From assembly GCA_040285855.1 (NCBI GenBank), contig JAUFOQ010000001.1, positions 1,798,001-1,862,000 on the forward strand: DNA of 64,000 nucleotides, read 5' to 3'. Below are positions 48,525-59,520 of this stretch, piece after piece. The DNA comes from Eukaryota sp. GEM-RC1. Lineage: Eukaryota. Made by a program: the position numbers and the translations under genes. Under the pieces are notes generated by a model. The model had not been told where the DNA came from. It did no database searches and saw only the letters and a list, made by a program, of their open reading frames with translations. Numbering within the stretch: position 1 is the first letter of the stretch; each line of letters opens with the position of its first letter.

Positions 48525-49761
48525 ATGGACCTCTTTTATCCGAGACGTGCTAATGAAAGTGTTTTATATTTGGATTTATGTATGGTTGAGGATTTTGATG
48601 AATTGGAATTTCCCAATGTTATTGAAGTTAACCTTTCTCATAATCGACTCTTTGAATTAGGATCAATGGAAAATGTAATGTACTTGGATATTAGTGAAAG
48701 TTGTATTAGAGAACTTGGTGATTTCCCAAAATTATTACATTGAAAATGAAGGATTGTGGCTTATATGATTTGGATTTAATTAAACATTTAACCACACTTG
48801 AAGACTTGGATGTATCTGGAAACAAAATATCAAAGGTTCCTCCATTACCTAGATTAAAGAGATTCACGTCATTTGAAAGTAGTATTAATGATTTAGATCC
48901 AAAAGATTTTCCTTTATTAGAAGATCTGGATGTTAGTGTCAGTTATTTAACTGAATTGAAATCATTTCCGAATTTAAAACGATTCAGTAATAGATGTGAA
49001 TCACTTAATAAGATTGGTCATTTACCAAATCTTGAGATATTTGATAGTGGATTAAATTGCGAATTTCCAGTATTTGAAAAAATTATTGAATTGCATATTA
49101 GTTGTTGCAAAATTTCGGAAATTCCGGAAATGCCAACACTTCAATCATTAACATTATTTAATACTAAGGTAACAAGATTACCAAGATTGAAATCATTAAA
49201 ATATCTAAACGTAAATCGCCCAATTGAAAATATTGATGATTTTAATGATATTGAATTGATAAAAAATATAAAGTTAATAGAAAAGTTCGATACAAAATGT
49301 TTCAACATTCTAAACCCTTTGAAGCAAATAGAGGTGATCCAGGACTTAATGCTGCGATAAAATATCTTTCTGAAAACTTTGAAGCTAGAAAGGATATTAT
49401 ACAACCAATCATGGATGATTTAAATTCCCATTATAATGGTTTTTTCATTATTGATATTTATAGATTAGTAATGGATAGAATTTCGAAATTTGATCCACCT
49501 AATGATTCAATGAAAGTTTTCCTTCAAAATCTCAATGCGCCTTGTGATTGTTGTTTATATGATAAAGTTATCGCAATGGTTAGTTCATTATGGGGATTTG
49601 ATGAAAATATTAATTTCCATATAACTGAAAATCAACAAGCATCTTTTATTGTCACTTCATTGATCCATCAAGATTTGTTAACCACGGAAAATTTAATAGA
49701 TCGATTAGTTACTGCAAATATTAGTCAAAAAGTTATTGACGATTGGAGTTCTCCATTATAA
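48525..49761 (+). CDS. LRR protein with conserved C-terminal domain, two frameshifts
   Basis: LRRs; CCLYDKVIAMVSSLWGFDENI...VIDDW. Confidence 0.8.
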
Positions 49762-50095
49762 AATTAGAAAAGTGATTTTATTTTTATAAAATGAATTTAA
49801 TAGAGAAATACTGTTTGTGGGCCATGAATGTCTCCTTTGATGAATTTATTAATGTAATTTATTCATCTAAATATGATGAACGATACTTGCTGGAAAAATA
49901 CACGAAAATGCAAAACAATGCATGTGATTATTATTTAAGTTTGGATTCTTTAAACAAAGAAAAAGTAGTTAATTATTTAAACTCAAAATGAGTAATTTTA
50001 TATATCGTAATGTGTTTAGTTTATCTTGTTTCTTTATTGAATATTTTGATGGCTGTTAGTCTTTTAGAAATAAACAATTTCAATACAATTATAAA

Positions 50096-50383
50096 ATGGA
50101 TTTAATGCACAAGATACTTGGAATATATATGGCAGAATATGATTTAGAAGATGCTGATTTACATGAGATTAAAGATGGCACAAAAGAATCGAAATATAAA
50201 ACATTGCCTGGAGTTTTGTTATATTATGAACTTCCATTGTTTATTAAAAAATATAAATATGATCGTGATGATATTTTTCATGAAATCGATCGTGCATTAA
50301 AGTATTTTAAACATTCAGATGATACTAGATTTTTATATGCCTTATTAGGAGATTTAGGTAAAAAATATTTTCCTAAAGAATAA
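50096..50383 (+). CDS. Hypothetical protein
   Basis: 95-aa ORF; stop region duplicated. Confidence 0.5.
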   Translation: MDLMHKILGIYMAEYDLEDADLHEIKDGTKESKYKTLPGVLLYYELPLFIKKYKYDRDDIFHEIDRALKYFKHSDDTRFLYALLGDLGKKYFPKE

Positions 50384-51866
50384 ATTTTATTTTTATTTTC
50401 CTAAAGAATAAATTTTATTTTTATTTTCTTCCTTTCACATCAATGAATTTTTATAACATACTGGAAAAGCTAATCTAACTGGATCAGTATATGCTAAATA
50501 ATGATTAGTAATAATAAAATCAAAATCATCCTTTAGTTTATTATAAATTTTTCCAATAAACCAGGACACCATTGAATCTTATATTGGGTTTCTCTGGTAT
50601 ATTTATATTTGTTTTCAAGTGTTGATGTATCAGTCTCTGGATCATATATAAATGAATTAGTGGATCCCTGTCCAATGAATTTCCAATATATTTTTTCCTC
50701 ATACAAGATATCTTCAACTTTATCAAGTAACACATCATTATTTCCTTTTGTGAATATAAATAGAGCATGTGTGATAAATGCATTTTTAAATTTAGATGGA
50801 TCCTTAAATACGTCAAAATTATATGTATATGTTTCTAAATTTGGACCAGGACTTTCCAAAAATCAGTTAATTCAGGATCATCAATCTTTACATTTGTATG
50901 GATGTTAAATTCCGGATATTCTAATGCATGAATTCTACTCATTATTCGAAACGAAATTAAACCATTTAGATAAAAATGAATATAATCATTATTAATGTTT
51001 AAAGTATATTTATTAATAAAAATTGAGAATGAAATACTTTTAAAATTAAATAAAAATAAATTACCACGTGGTTTTATTAAAGATATAAGTAAGGCCAAAG
51101 AAAAGGCTACTTATTTATATGAAAAAATACATTAGTTAAATTATATGATGAACTATCTCGTATTCAATATGGACACACTATTATTTATTATGGTAGAGTT
51201 GATGACTTATATGATGAAGCATTAAAATCTTCAATCTTTTAAATACTACAAGAAACTATAAAGAGTTATTACCTATAGAACAAAAAATATATAAATTAGT
51301 ATCGTTTATTGAATAGGTTAATTAAATTATTTTTTTTATATCCAGATGTTTTAATAAATCAAAATCATCTTGATTAAACCATTCTAAATCATTTTTATTT
51401 CTCCTCTGGCATATCCTTCATCTGAATTTATAAACACTAACCAGTTTAATAAATCTATTAATTGAATAATTCTTGTAACACACCCGCTATTATAATTTAC
51501 TTTTAAACTATTTTTATTTAATCTTTTAGTTCCATTATTAATCCAGAATATTTATATTGATCAGGTGATAAAATAAAAGTATCCGTATTACTTTTTAATT
51601 TAAACATTTTATTACTACATTCATATATAAACCATTTTAATAAAAAATGATAAATTATATCATGTAAATGGAATTGGTTGATTATATCCGTGAGAGCCGT
51701 TTAGATGAGTTGCCAGAGTCTGCTTTTGATGTAACTTTTTAAAAGAATTTATTAATTATTATAACCTTGGATTTGAATGGTCTGGTGTTCGATTGTGTTC
51801 AAAGAATTCTTATATCAATTTTGCCAAACATTTGAAATTATTATATGCGTAGTTGAACTTAATTCA

Positions 51867-51980
51867 TTATATAAAATTTACGTAATTTATTTATTATTTA
51901 ATTATATTAGTATTATATAAAATTTACGTAATTTATTTATTATTTAATTATATTAGTATTATATAAATTTTACGTAATTT
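51867..51980. repeat. 46-bp AT-rich tandem repeat (~2.5 copies)
   Basis: attatataaaatttacgtaatttatttattatttaattatattagt repeated. Confidence 0.85.
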
Positions 51981-52040
51981 AATCAGTATTTAATTATATT
52001 CTTTTTTTATTTCTTTAAAAATGATTATTTATAAACTAAA

Positions 52041-52649
52041 ATGTTCCCAACTGACTTAATTGAAAGAAGAAATCTAATTGTATTCGATGAAGAAAAACAT
52101 CAATACTATGTTCAAGAAGATAAGGAATTGGTGCCTTATATTAGTGCTACACAATTAATTGAACGTAAATTCGGCGGATTTAATGCTGAAGAGATTGCAA
52201 AAAAGTTGTAACATATCGAAAAGTAAGTATTATAAAATGTTACCAGGTGATGTAAAACTTATTTGGGATAATGAACGAACTCTTGGAACCAAGTTACATG
52301 CTGAAATTGAAATGTTTTACTTAACTGGAAATGATTTTGATAATCCCGACTTTGAAACATTTAAACGATTTCATAATGACAAAATCAAGGACAAGATAAC
52401 ACCTTGGCATATTGAATTGAAAATGTTTAATGAAGATAAAAAATTGCTGGTACTGTTGACTTTCTGGGATTGAACGAAAATAATGAAGTCATAATGTATG
52501 ATTGGAAAAGAGTTCGTAATGTCAAGAAGGATCGTTATCGTATGCAATTATCATTATATGAAGAAATGCTAAAGAAGAGTAATATCGAAGTTAAAGAAAA
52601 GGGTATTGTAGTTTTTCGAGATGGTGAATATTCAATATATAAGTTTTAA
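52041..52649 (+). CDS. PD-(D/E)XK (RecB/Cas4-like superfamily) nuclease, frameshifted
   Basis: YISATQLI, LGTKLHAEIE, IELKMF, AGTVDF, MYDWKR, YRMQLSLY across frames. Confidence 0.8.
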
Positions 52650-53234
52650 TATATTATTTATAGATTTTTTATATTGTGTATGTATAGAAAAATGAATATA
52701 TTTAATTATAACTCTAGATTCAATGGATTACGCTAACGTGTTGTTCAAAAACTTATCAACTCAAGAACAACAAGCCATTGTTGAAAAAATCAAAAAATTC
52801 AGCAACAACATTTGATTACTGAAAGAATCAAAAAGAAGTAGCTGATTGGTATAATAGTGCTGAAGGTGCTAGAAGTCTAGGTAGATATTGGGGATATAGA
52901 TAGAAAGTCTATTTAATTATTAACTTAACATAAATCACTCTTATTAATTCTATATTAAATACAAATAATATCTTAACGTTCTTTCTAATGAATCATCACA
53001 AATGTATATTTCGATTTCCTTAAATCGAGTATGCTTTATTTTTGTTTTGAAAGTTTATTTTCATTATTTTCATAATATCGTTTAATACTTTGCATTGTTG
53101 GTTCTGATAGATTTAATCCAGTTGCACTAATAAATTCACCATTTTTATAAACCATTGTTATTGAGAATTTTTCTATGGACCATTGAATCGTTCTATACAT
53201 TTTTATTATAAAAAAATGATTATTATTAAAAACA

Positions 53235-53790
53235 ATGCTAGTTGCTTTCTGTGGATTAGATTCTACCGGTAAATCAACTGTGGTTTCCCATTTAAATGGT
53301 CACAAGATTAAACTACCTGACAGATCAACTGATACTGGTAAGATAATTGACCAATTTCTAAAAAAAGAAATCCAAATGTCTGAACGTGATGCTCAAACTT
53401 TATTTGCAAAAAATAGAAAAGAAAAGAATGATGAAATTATGGTTGAATTATTAGAACGAGAAATTGTTTTAATGGATAGATGCTGGATTGATGGAGTTGC
53501 TTATTCTCCAGAAGACTCTTTTATTGGGCTTTGAATCAAGCTGATGGTGAATTAATTCCAGATTTGGTATTCTATTTTACTGAACAATACAATCGAGATG
53601 ATTTTGGTCAAGAACATTATGACAAACTAAATGTGAGAAAATCATTTGAAAAGTATTTGACTTGATGAATATTGAAGTTATCAGAGTTCCTCGAGCACCA
53701 ATCAATGATATCATTCCAACAATTGAAAATCTTATTAATGAACGAAACAATCAATTATTACAAGATTGGGTTCAATTAAAAGAATATCAA
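53235..53790 (+). CDS. tmk: Thymidylate kinase, frameshifted
   Basis: GLDSTGKST P-loop, PDRSTDTGKIIDQFL, LFAKNR, MDRCWIDGVAYS, IPDLVFYF after the shift. Confidence 0.85.
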
Positions 53791-54253
53791 GAAAAGTTAT
53801 TGGATTTGATATGGATGATACTTTATGCGAAACCTCAAAACAAATAAGTAAGGATTATCCAAACTTTAAGTATGAGACTGATCCAAGTAAATTTCATTCA
53901 AATGGTCGAGAAGTATTTTCAACTAAAGGATTCTTTAGAAATCTTCTTCCAAATGAAAAAATGGTATCAATAGTAAAAGATTGATTAATGATGGATTTGA
54001 AATTTATTTCGTCACTGCTGCATATCACAAAATGATTGATTCTGGAGTCAGAGAAGAAAAACAAGAATGGTTGGAGAAACATTTCCCCGAACTTGAATTA
54101 ATGCCAAATCATTTGATTAATATCAATAACAAGAAATTGTTGAAATTAGATTTATTAATTGATGATAATGATTGCTATCAATCTGATTATCATTTTATTA
54201 ATTCACATAATGTAGAATCATATGAACAAGTAGTTAATGTATTATTTAAATAA
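53766..54253 (+). CDS. 5'(3')-deoxyribonucleotidase (HAD, NT5C-like), frameshifted; possibly fused to the kinase
   Basis: IGFDMDDTL, GFFRNLLP, YFVTA, KQEWLEKHFP, LLIDD. Confidence 0.85.
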
Positions 54254-54308
54254 ACTATTATATGAAAAATGATTGGGGTATAAAAAAACGATAAATATGA
54301 AACGTTAG

Positions 54309-54923
54309 ATGTTGTCTCCCGTTGAATCTGCTATAAAAAATCTGTGGTGCTACTTTCGTAATAATTCTCGCCCGAACCCTGAGAGAATAATCAACTTGAC
54401 TGTGAGTATACTGATACTCAATGATAATTCACATATTTTTGCAAACTTTGTAGATTACGTCTATTTAATTAATTGTTCTAGGAAGAAGTCAAAGCAAGCT
54501 GCTATTGATATTATTCGCCTTACTCTAAACACAATAAAATTATAATTTTTTTTTATTTTGGGGAAAAATGATTATTCATAAAAAATTGATTTATATTTTT
54601 TAATAGTATTTCTGATGAATTCCTTTGATCCTTTATTTGAATTGTACGCCAAGAATCAAAACTTTATGGCCTTGAAGCACTTAGTTGAAACCTGTTATCC
54701 AATTGGAAAATTGAATTGTGAGTCAATGAAAGAAGTTGCATTAGATGCTGTAAGAAATGGTAATCGAAATACTTTTGTATTTTGTTTTAGTTTATTGAAG
54801 AAGAATGTTTTTCGTGATATGTCAAAAGACGAAATCTATGAATTCATAGATGACGTTGAAGATGTATCTTCTAGATATGATAATTTTCGTATTGGTGAGA
54901 TTGTATCAAACCTTATAAATTAA
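54309..54923 (+). CDS. Two small hypothetical genes (54309..54545 and 54615..54923), each behind a double promoter
   Basis: Intact ORFs; promoter pairs at 54270/54289 and 54569/54587. Confidence 0.55.
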
Positions 54924-54967
54924 TACTTTATTTTTTATGGGGAGAAAAATGATTTTATTCTTGATAA

Positions 54968-55582
54968 ATGCTTGCTCAAACTATTCGTGATTACAAGAAT
55001 GCCAATGGCTATCTTGATGCCGTATCAACAAGACCTCCTCCCATTTCAGATAAATACTTATTTCTGGATTTGGAAATGACTGGTCTTTATCCTGAACGAC
55101 ATACAATTGTTGAATGCGCTCTCATTGTTACTGATAAACAATTCAACATTATTCGTGAAGACTTTGGAACAATGGTTGTTAAAGCAAGTCTTGCTGAAAT
55201 GGCCGAATCAAATGACTATGTCATTGACATGCATTGCCAATCAAATTTGTATCATGAGTGTTCTAGAAGTAAAAACACTATTCAAGATTTGGATACTGCG
55301 TTATGTAAATATTTGGATCAATTGGATTCAGGTAAATGCTTTGTACTTGCTGGTAATTCTATCTGGAAAGATCGTGAATTTATTACCAAATATTTGGTAG
55401 GATTTAATTCCAGATTGCATCATCAACAAATTGATGTATCTTCTTTTAAACTTGTTTTCCTTGGATATGGACATCCAAAATTTGACAAAGGTAATGATAC
55501 TCATCGAGCTTTGGAGGATACTAGAAAAACTATTGAAGAGCTGAAGTATTATGTAAACAGATTGCCGTTATTAAAACAATAA
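54968..55582 (+). CDS. orn: Oligoribonuclease (DEDDh 3'-5' exoribonuclease)
   Basis: LDLEMTGL, IVECALIVTD, LAGNSIWKDREFI, LHHQQIDVSS, HRALED..IEELKYY. Confidence 0.92.
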   Translation: MLAQTIRDYKNANGYLDAVSTRPPPISDKYLFLDLEMTGLYPERHTIVECALIVTDKQFNIIREDFGTMVVKASLAEMAESNDYVIDMHCQSNLYHECSRSKNTIQDLDTALCKYLDQLDSGKCFVLAGNSIWKDREFITKYLVGFNSRLHHQQIDVSSFKLVFLGYGHPKFDKGNDTHRALEDTRKTIEELKYYVNRLPLLKQ

Positions 55583-56095
55583 ATAACTTTACTTTAATTT
55601 TGCACACCAATTAATATAGTATAGAATATATTAATTTTTTATCTGAAAAAAATATCATTTATTAATCATCAATATTACCATGTTCCACCAAATCTATAAA
55701 CGATTCCCATGATTGAATTATTATATTCGGATTAGTTGCTTTAAAATCAATTTTTTTATTATCAACCATTCGAGAAAATGTATCAATAAAATTATCAGTG
55801 ATTACTATTTTTTGAATCTCCTATAACAAAATCATCATTGCCAAATATATACAATCTTGAAAAACAATTTAAAAGACATGTTAATGGATATGTATGATTC
55901 TTATAATAATGATAATCACAATTAATAGAAGGTATACTACCAATATAAAATAAATGAATGTTGCGTAATTTGTATTTGAATTTTTTCAATAAATATTCTA
56001 GTTTATCATCTTTTGAAAATATTAGAAATCCTATCATTTTTAATTAAAAATATTTTTATTTCATTAATTAAAATAGTATATTTATTTTTTCAGTA

Positions 56096-57031
56096 ATGAT
56101 TTATTCAAAGCTCATAAAGGAAGTTCAGATTGCTCCGTCATTTGAAAATACTAGTCATGTGATTCGTATAAAAATTAAACCTGTAAACAGTTCAATGGAT
56201 CTTGGATTCATTAGACCAATCCTAAATGTCATGGCTAAACGCTTACAATTTATCTATAATTCACAGTATTGTATATGTATTCATGATGAAATCATGTTTA
56301 CTCTAAAAGATCGCCAAGCACGCAAGCAAGTAATTAAGGATGATGTATGTGAATTTATTTCATTTTTGGTTTCTAATTTACAACGAATGTATTATTCAAA
56401 GTTTAAAAAGTTTAATCATTCACTAAAGATTGGACCATATCTCTTGAATTTTAATGTAAAAATTTATGTTACTAATATTTTACCTGCAGAACAAATAATT
56501 TTTAATTATTATTTAACATCACATCGAAATAATATTATTAACCATTTATCAAAAATTGTTGATAAAGATGAAATAATTAATAAAACTAATGATGAATTAT
56601 CAAATATATTTTCAGAAATTACTATTCCTAATGAATATGGTTATACACTTCTAAATGGAAATGAAGTAACAATCAAGGATTTTATTCAACAATTAAAACT
56701 TGTAACCTTTGAGACTAAAATGATCGATGAACGATTCCGTGAACAAGTAGACTTTAATAATAAAGAATTCGAAGCACAGGCTAAGATGATTTTTGAAGCT
56801 TGTATTCAACGAGAAATAATTAATGAACTTCTTGACTTACATAAAGGTGATACAAAAATTATTAATCAATTGTTTAGAACGCACTTTTATGGTTATGTAG
56901 AATGGTTAAAGAAACTTAAATGTAATATTGAACAGAATATTATGGAAAGATATTTTAATTCTACTGAAGAAGAGATTAGACAAAATAGTGATATTTGTTC
57001 ATCTAGTAGTGATGATTTTTGTGAATTATAA
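56096..57031 (+). CDS. Degenerate Thg1 (tRNA-His guanylyltransferase)-like protein
   Basis: VIRI (compare VVRIDG), CIHDEIMF (compare QSDEISF), LNFNVKI (compare FDGR), SHRNNI (compare CHINNL); first catalytic Asp absent. Confidence 0.4.
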   Translation: MIYSKLIKEVQIAPSFENTSHVIRIKIKPVNSSMDLGFIRPILNVMAKRLQFIYNSQYCICIHDEIMFTLKDRQARKQVIKDDVCEFISFLVSNLQRMYYSKFKKFNHSLKIGPYLLNFNVKIYVTNILPAEQIIFNYYLTSHRNNIINHLSKIVDKDEIINKTNDELSNIFSEITIPNEYGYTLLNGNEVTIKDFIQQLKLVTFETKMIDERFREQVDFNNKEFEAQAKMIFEACIQREIINELLDLHKGDTKIINQLFRTHFYGYVEWLKKLKCNIEQNIMERYFNSTEEEIRQNSDICSSSSDDFCEL

Positions 57032-57273
57032 ATAAAACCAATTTTATTTTTTTTATAAACTAAAAAATGATTATTAATATTATATAATGTTTGCTGATTC
57101 AATAAACATTTATAATAAATACGTTTCTGGTATTCTTGATAATGATATATTTAATAATTATGATTTAGAGGATTTATGTATATTGGGAATGATTTATTAA
57201 TAAAAATAATTTCTGATGTAATAGAATTTAGATTAAAGTTTATTAATATTTAAAAAAATATTTTTATCGATTA

Positions 57274-57576
57274 TTATTCAAAATCACTAAATAAATCACC
57301 ATAATAATCACTTTCAGATTCTTCTCCATAATCATAATCATAATTATTATCTGATTCTTCAGATACACTTTCTCCAAAATATGATAATATATTTTTCGCA
57401 TATATACGAGGAATTGGGTCTACTACATCATGTAAAATCTCAATAAATTTAATTGGGATATCGTTTTTATCAATTATTTTATTTTCCAACAGTTTGTATA
57501 AATCAATTAATGTATTTTCATCTGGACTAACCATATTATATCGGGTTGTCAAGTTTTGGAAAAAAGAATAATTCAT
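57274..57576 (-). CDS. Hypothetical protein with acidic tail
   Basis: 100-aa ORF. Confidence 0.5.
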   Translation of the reverse strand: MNYSFFQNLTTRYNMVSPDENTLIDLYKLLENKIIDKNDIPIKFIEILHDVVDPIPRIYAKNILSYFGESVSEESDNNYDYDYGEESESDYYGDLFSDFE

Positions 57577-57692
57577 TTAAGTTTGATAAAATAATCTATT
57601 TAAGTTTTATTAATTAGTTTACTCAACGCAAAAATTATCTAAATCTTTAAGTTAATCGTTTTAAATAAAAACGTATCTTTTTTTTTAGTTAA

Positions 57693-58124
57693 ATGGGTTT
57701 AACTCTGGTTGTCTTTGATTCTTGTGATCGCGTTCAAGACATTAATAGCATGTTTACTGAATATCAACAAGAAATTATTAATGGATTGATTTGTGTCGTT
57801 TATATGGGTACAAATCATCCTAGTGATTTGGTTAGACTTAATGAAACTGAAACTATTAGATATTTCCCTGAATATAACCAAGAATCTGACAAGTTTTTGA
57901 GAAGTAGAAAGGTCTCAAAGATTCATGTATTTGCTAATGCTGATTTTGTTGAAGTTCCTAGAAAACCTAAAACTAGAGTAACTGATGAAGTTATTGAAAG
58001 TCAAGATAAGAAGTTGAGACATATTTCATGGGAAGGACTAGCCAAGACTTTGGAAAAGTATCGTAAGTCTTGTAATAAGCCTAATGTAGTTTTCACTGAA
58101 GCTGAAGGAGAAGAAGAATCCTAG
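57693..58124 (+). CDS. Hypothetical protein
   Basis: 143-aa intact ORF. Confidence 0.7.
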   Translation: MGLTLVVFDSCDRVQDINSMFTEYQQEIINGLICVVYMGTNHPSDLVRLNETETIRYFPEYNQESDKFLRSRKVSKIHVFANADFVEVPRKPKTRVTDEVIESQDKKLRHISWEGLAKTLEKYRKSCNKPNVVFTEAEGEEES

Positions 58125-58211
58125 TTAATAATAATAATAATAATAATAAATTTTTTTTTGGATAAAAATGATTTAATCTTAGGAAATTGATTTTATATTC
58201 CTTAAATTCAA

Positions 58212-58969
58212 ATGTCCGACCTTAAGCCCAAAAACCGCCTTGTCTTGCCTGCTGATTTCTATCAGCAAACTAATGAGCTGGAAAAAGAGCCACTAAAGCC
58301 GAAAACTAAGAGAATTTCAAAAGGAGATGTTCCCCTAATATCTCGATTGCCTTAAAAAAGCATACTTTGCCAAAAATTGATAGTATTGTGCCTGCTTGTT
58401 CAATCAAGAAATACTTTACTAAAAAACACACGCTCGGTGTACGAGCATATTCAACGTCGCCTCAAACAAAGGGTTACTGTTGTTTCTTCGGCTGTTCCCA
58501 TATTTATGTATGGAATTGCCACAATGCCGTTTGTTGTTAGTATAACTAATAACAATGAACTTCAATTAATTGGCGGTATTACTACCGATAAACCAAATGA
58601 TTCTGAAGTAGAAATTATGAAAAAGAGTTTGTAGAAGAAACTGGTAGTGATCAGTTGATTGCTTATGATTTTATGAATCAAGTACATGTAGTAGATTACA
58701 TCTACAAAAACAACTCTCCCAAGATTAATAACACTATCCGAGTGTTTTATTCAAAGAAACCTTTGGATGTAGAAATTACTTTTAATACAAAACATCCAGA
58801 ATTCAATAATGAAACACAAGGAATGGTATTTATACCATTGTCTCTCTTGAAAGAACTTGTTAGTAGAGGTGAAACGTCCACATCTTTTGTATTTGGTGAC
58901 AACAATTATAGAATAAGAGGAGGCGAATATCGCACTCTTCGATTACTGTTTACCCATAAATATTTGTAA
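58212..58969 (+). CDS. Nudix hydrolase, frameshifted
   Basis: LIGG-x-DSEVEIMKKEFVEETG is restored by adding one A to the A-run at ~58620. Confidence 0.75.
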
Positions 58970-59006
58970 ATATTTTATTATATATACATACACACATAAA
59001 CTTTTT

Positions 59007-59041
59007 AAAAAAAAAAATGTTTGTTCGCAAATGTTTTTTTT
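59007..59041 (+). terminator. UUCG hairpin flanked by A-run and T-run
   Basis: A-run, TGTTTG-TTCG-CAAATG, T-run; the G.U pairs form only on the plus strand; lies 3' of the Nudix gene. Confidence 0.6.
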
Positions 59042-59055
59042 ACAAAAAAAATAGA

Positions 59056-59127
59056 TAGAGCATGCGGGAATTGAACCCGCCCAACAGGTACATAAGACCA
59101 GAATGCTAACCGATACATCAATGCTCC
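59056..59127 (-). tRNA. tRNA-Ile, anticodon UAU, intronless, no encoded CCA
   Basis: GGAGCAT TG ATGT ATCGGTTA GCAT T CTGGT CTTATGT ACCTG TTGG GCGGG TTCAATT CCCGC ATGCTCT A folds into a cloverleaf; T-run downstream. Confidence 0.9.
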
Positions 59128-59236
59128 ATATCTTAGTTTCTATAAATATTTTATTTATAAAAAGCTAATTAACTTTTTAAAGAAAAATGATTACAATATT
59201 AAAAAACGATGAATATATTATATAACCTCTCTGCCA

Positions 59237-59512
59237 ATGTATTTTATTAATGATGCTGCTGAATTCTTAAACCGCCCCTTAATTCGTTCTAATTGTATTG
59301 ATTTAATTTATCAATTAACTATTTTATCTTTAACAAGAGGTGTTTCCACTGAATCCATAATCGACAAACTTTATTTGCTAAGAAACTATTTATTTTATCG
59401 CGATTTAGGTAATTGTGATTTTGACAAGTCGATTGATGACTTGACTGAACAAATCTATTGTAATTTAATTCAACTCAATAAATTTTTTTTATTATATATA
59501 AATATAATTTAG
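59237..59512 (+). CDS. Small hypothetical protein behind a double promoter
   Basis: Promoter pair at 59188/59207. Confidence 0.55.
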   Translation: MYFINDAAEFLNRPLIRSNCIDLIYQLTILSLTRGVSTESIIDKLYLLRNYLFYRDLGNCDFDKSIDDLTEQIYCNLIQLNKFFLLYINII

Positions 59513-59520
59513 TTATAAAA

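Noticed and set aside
58126..58149. (AAT)n microsatellite
   Set aside because: Ordinary low-complexity sequence in an AT-rich intergenic region
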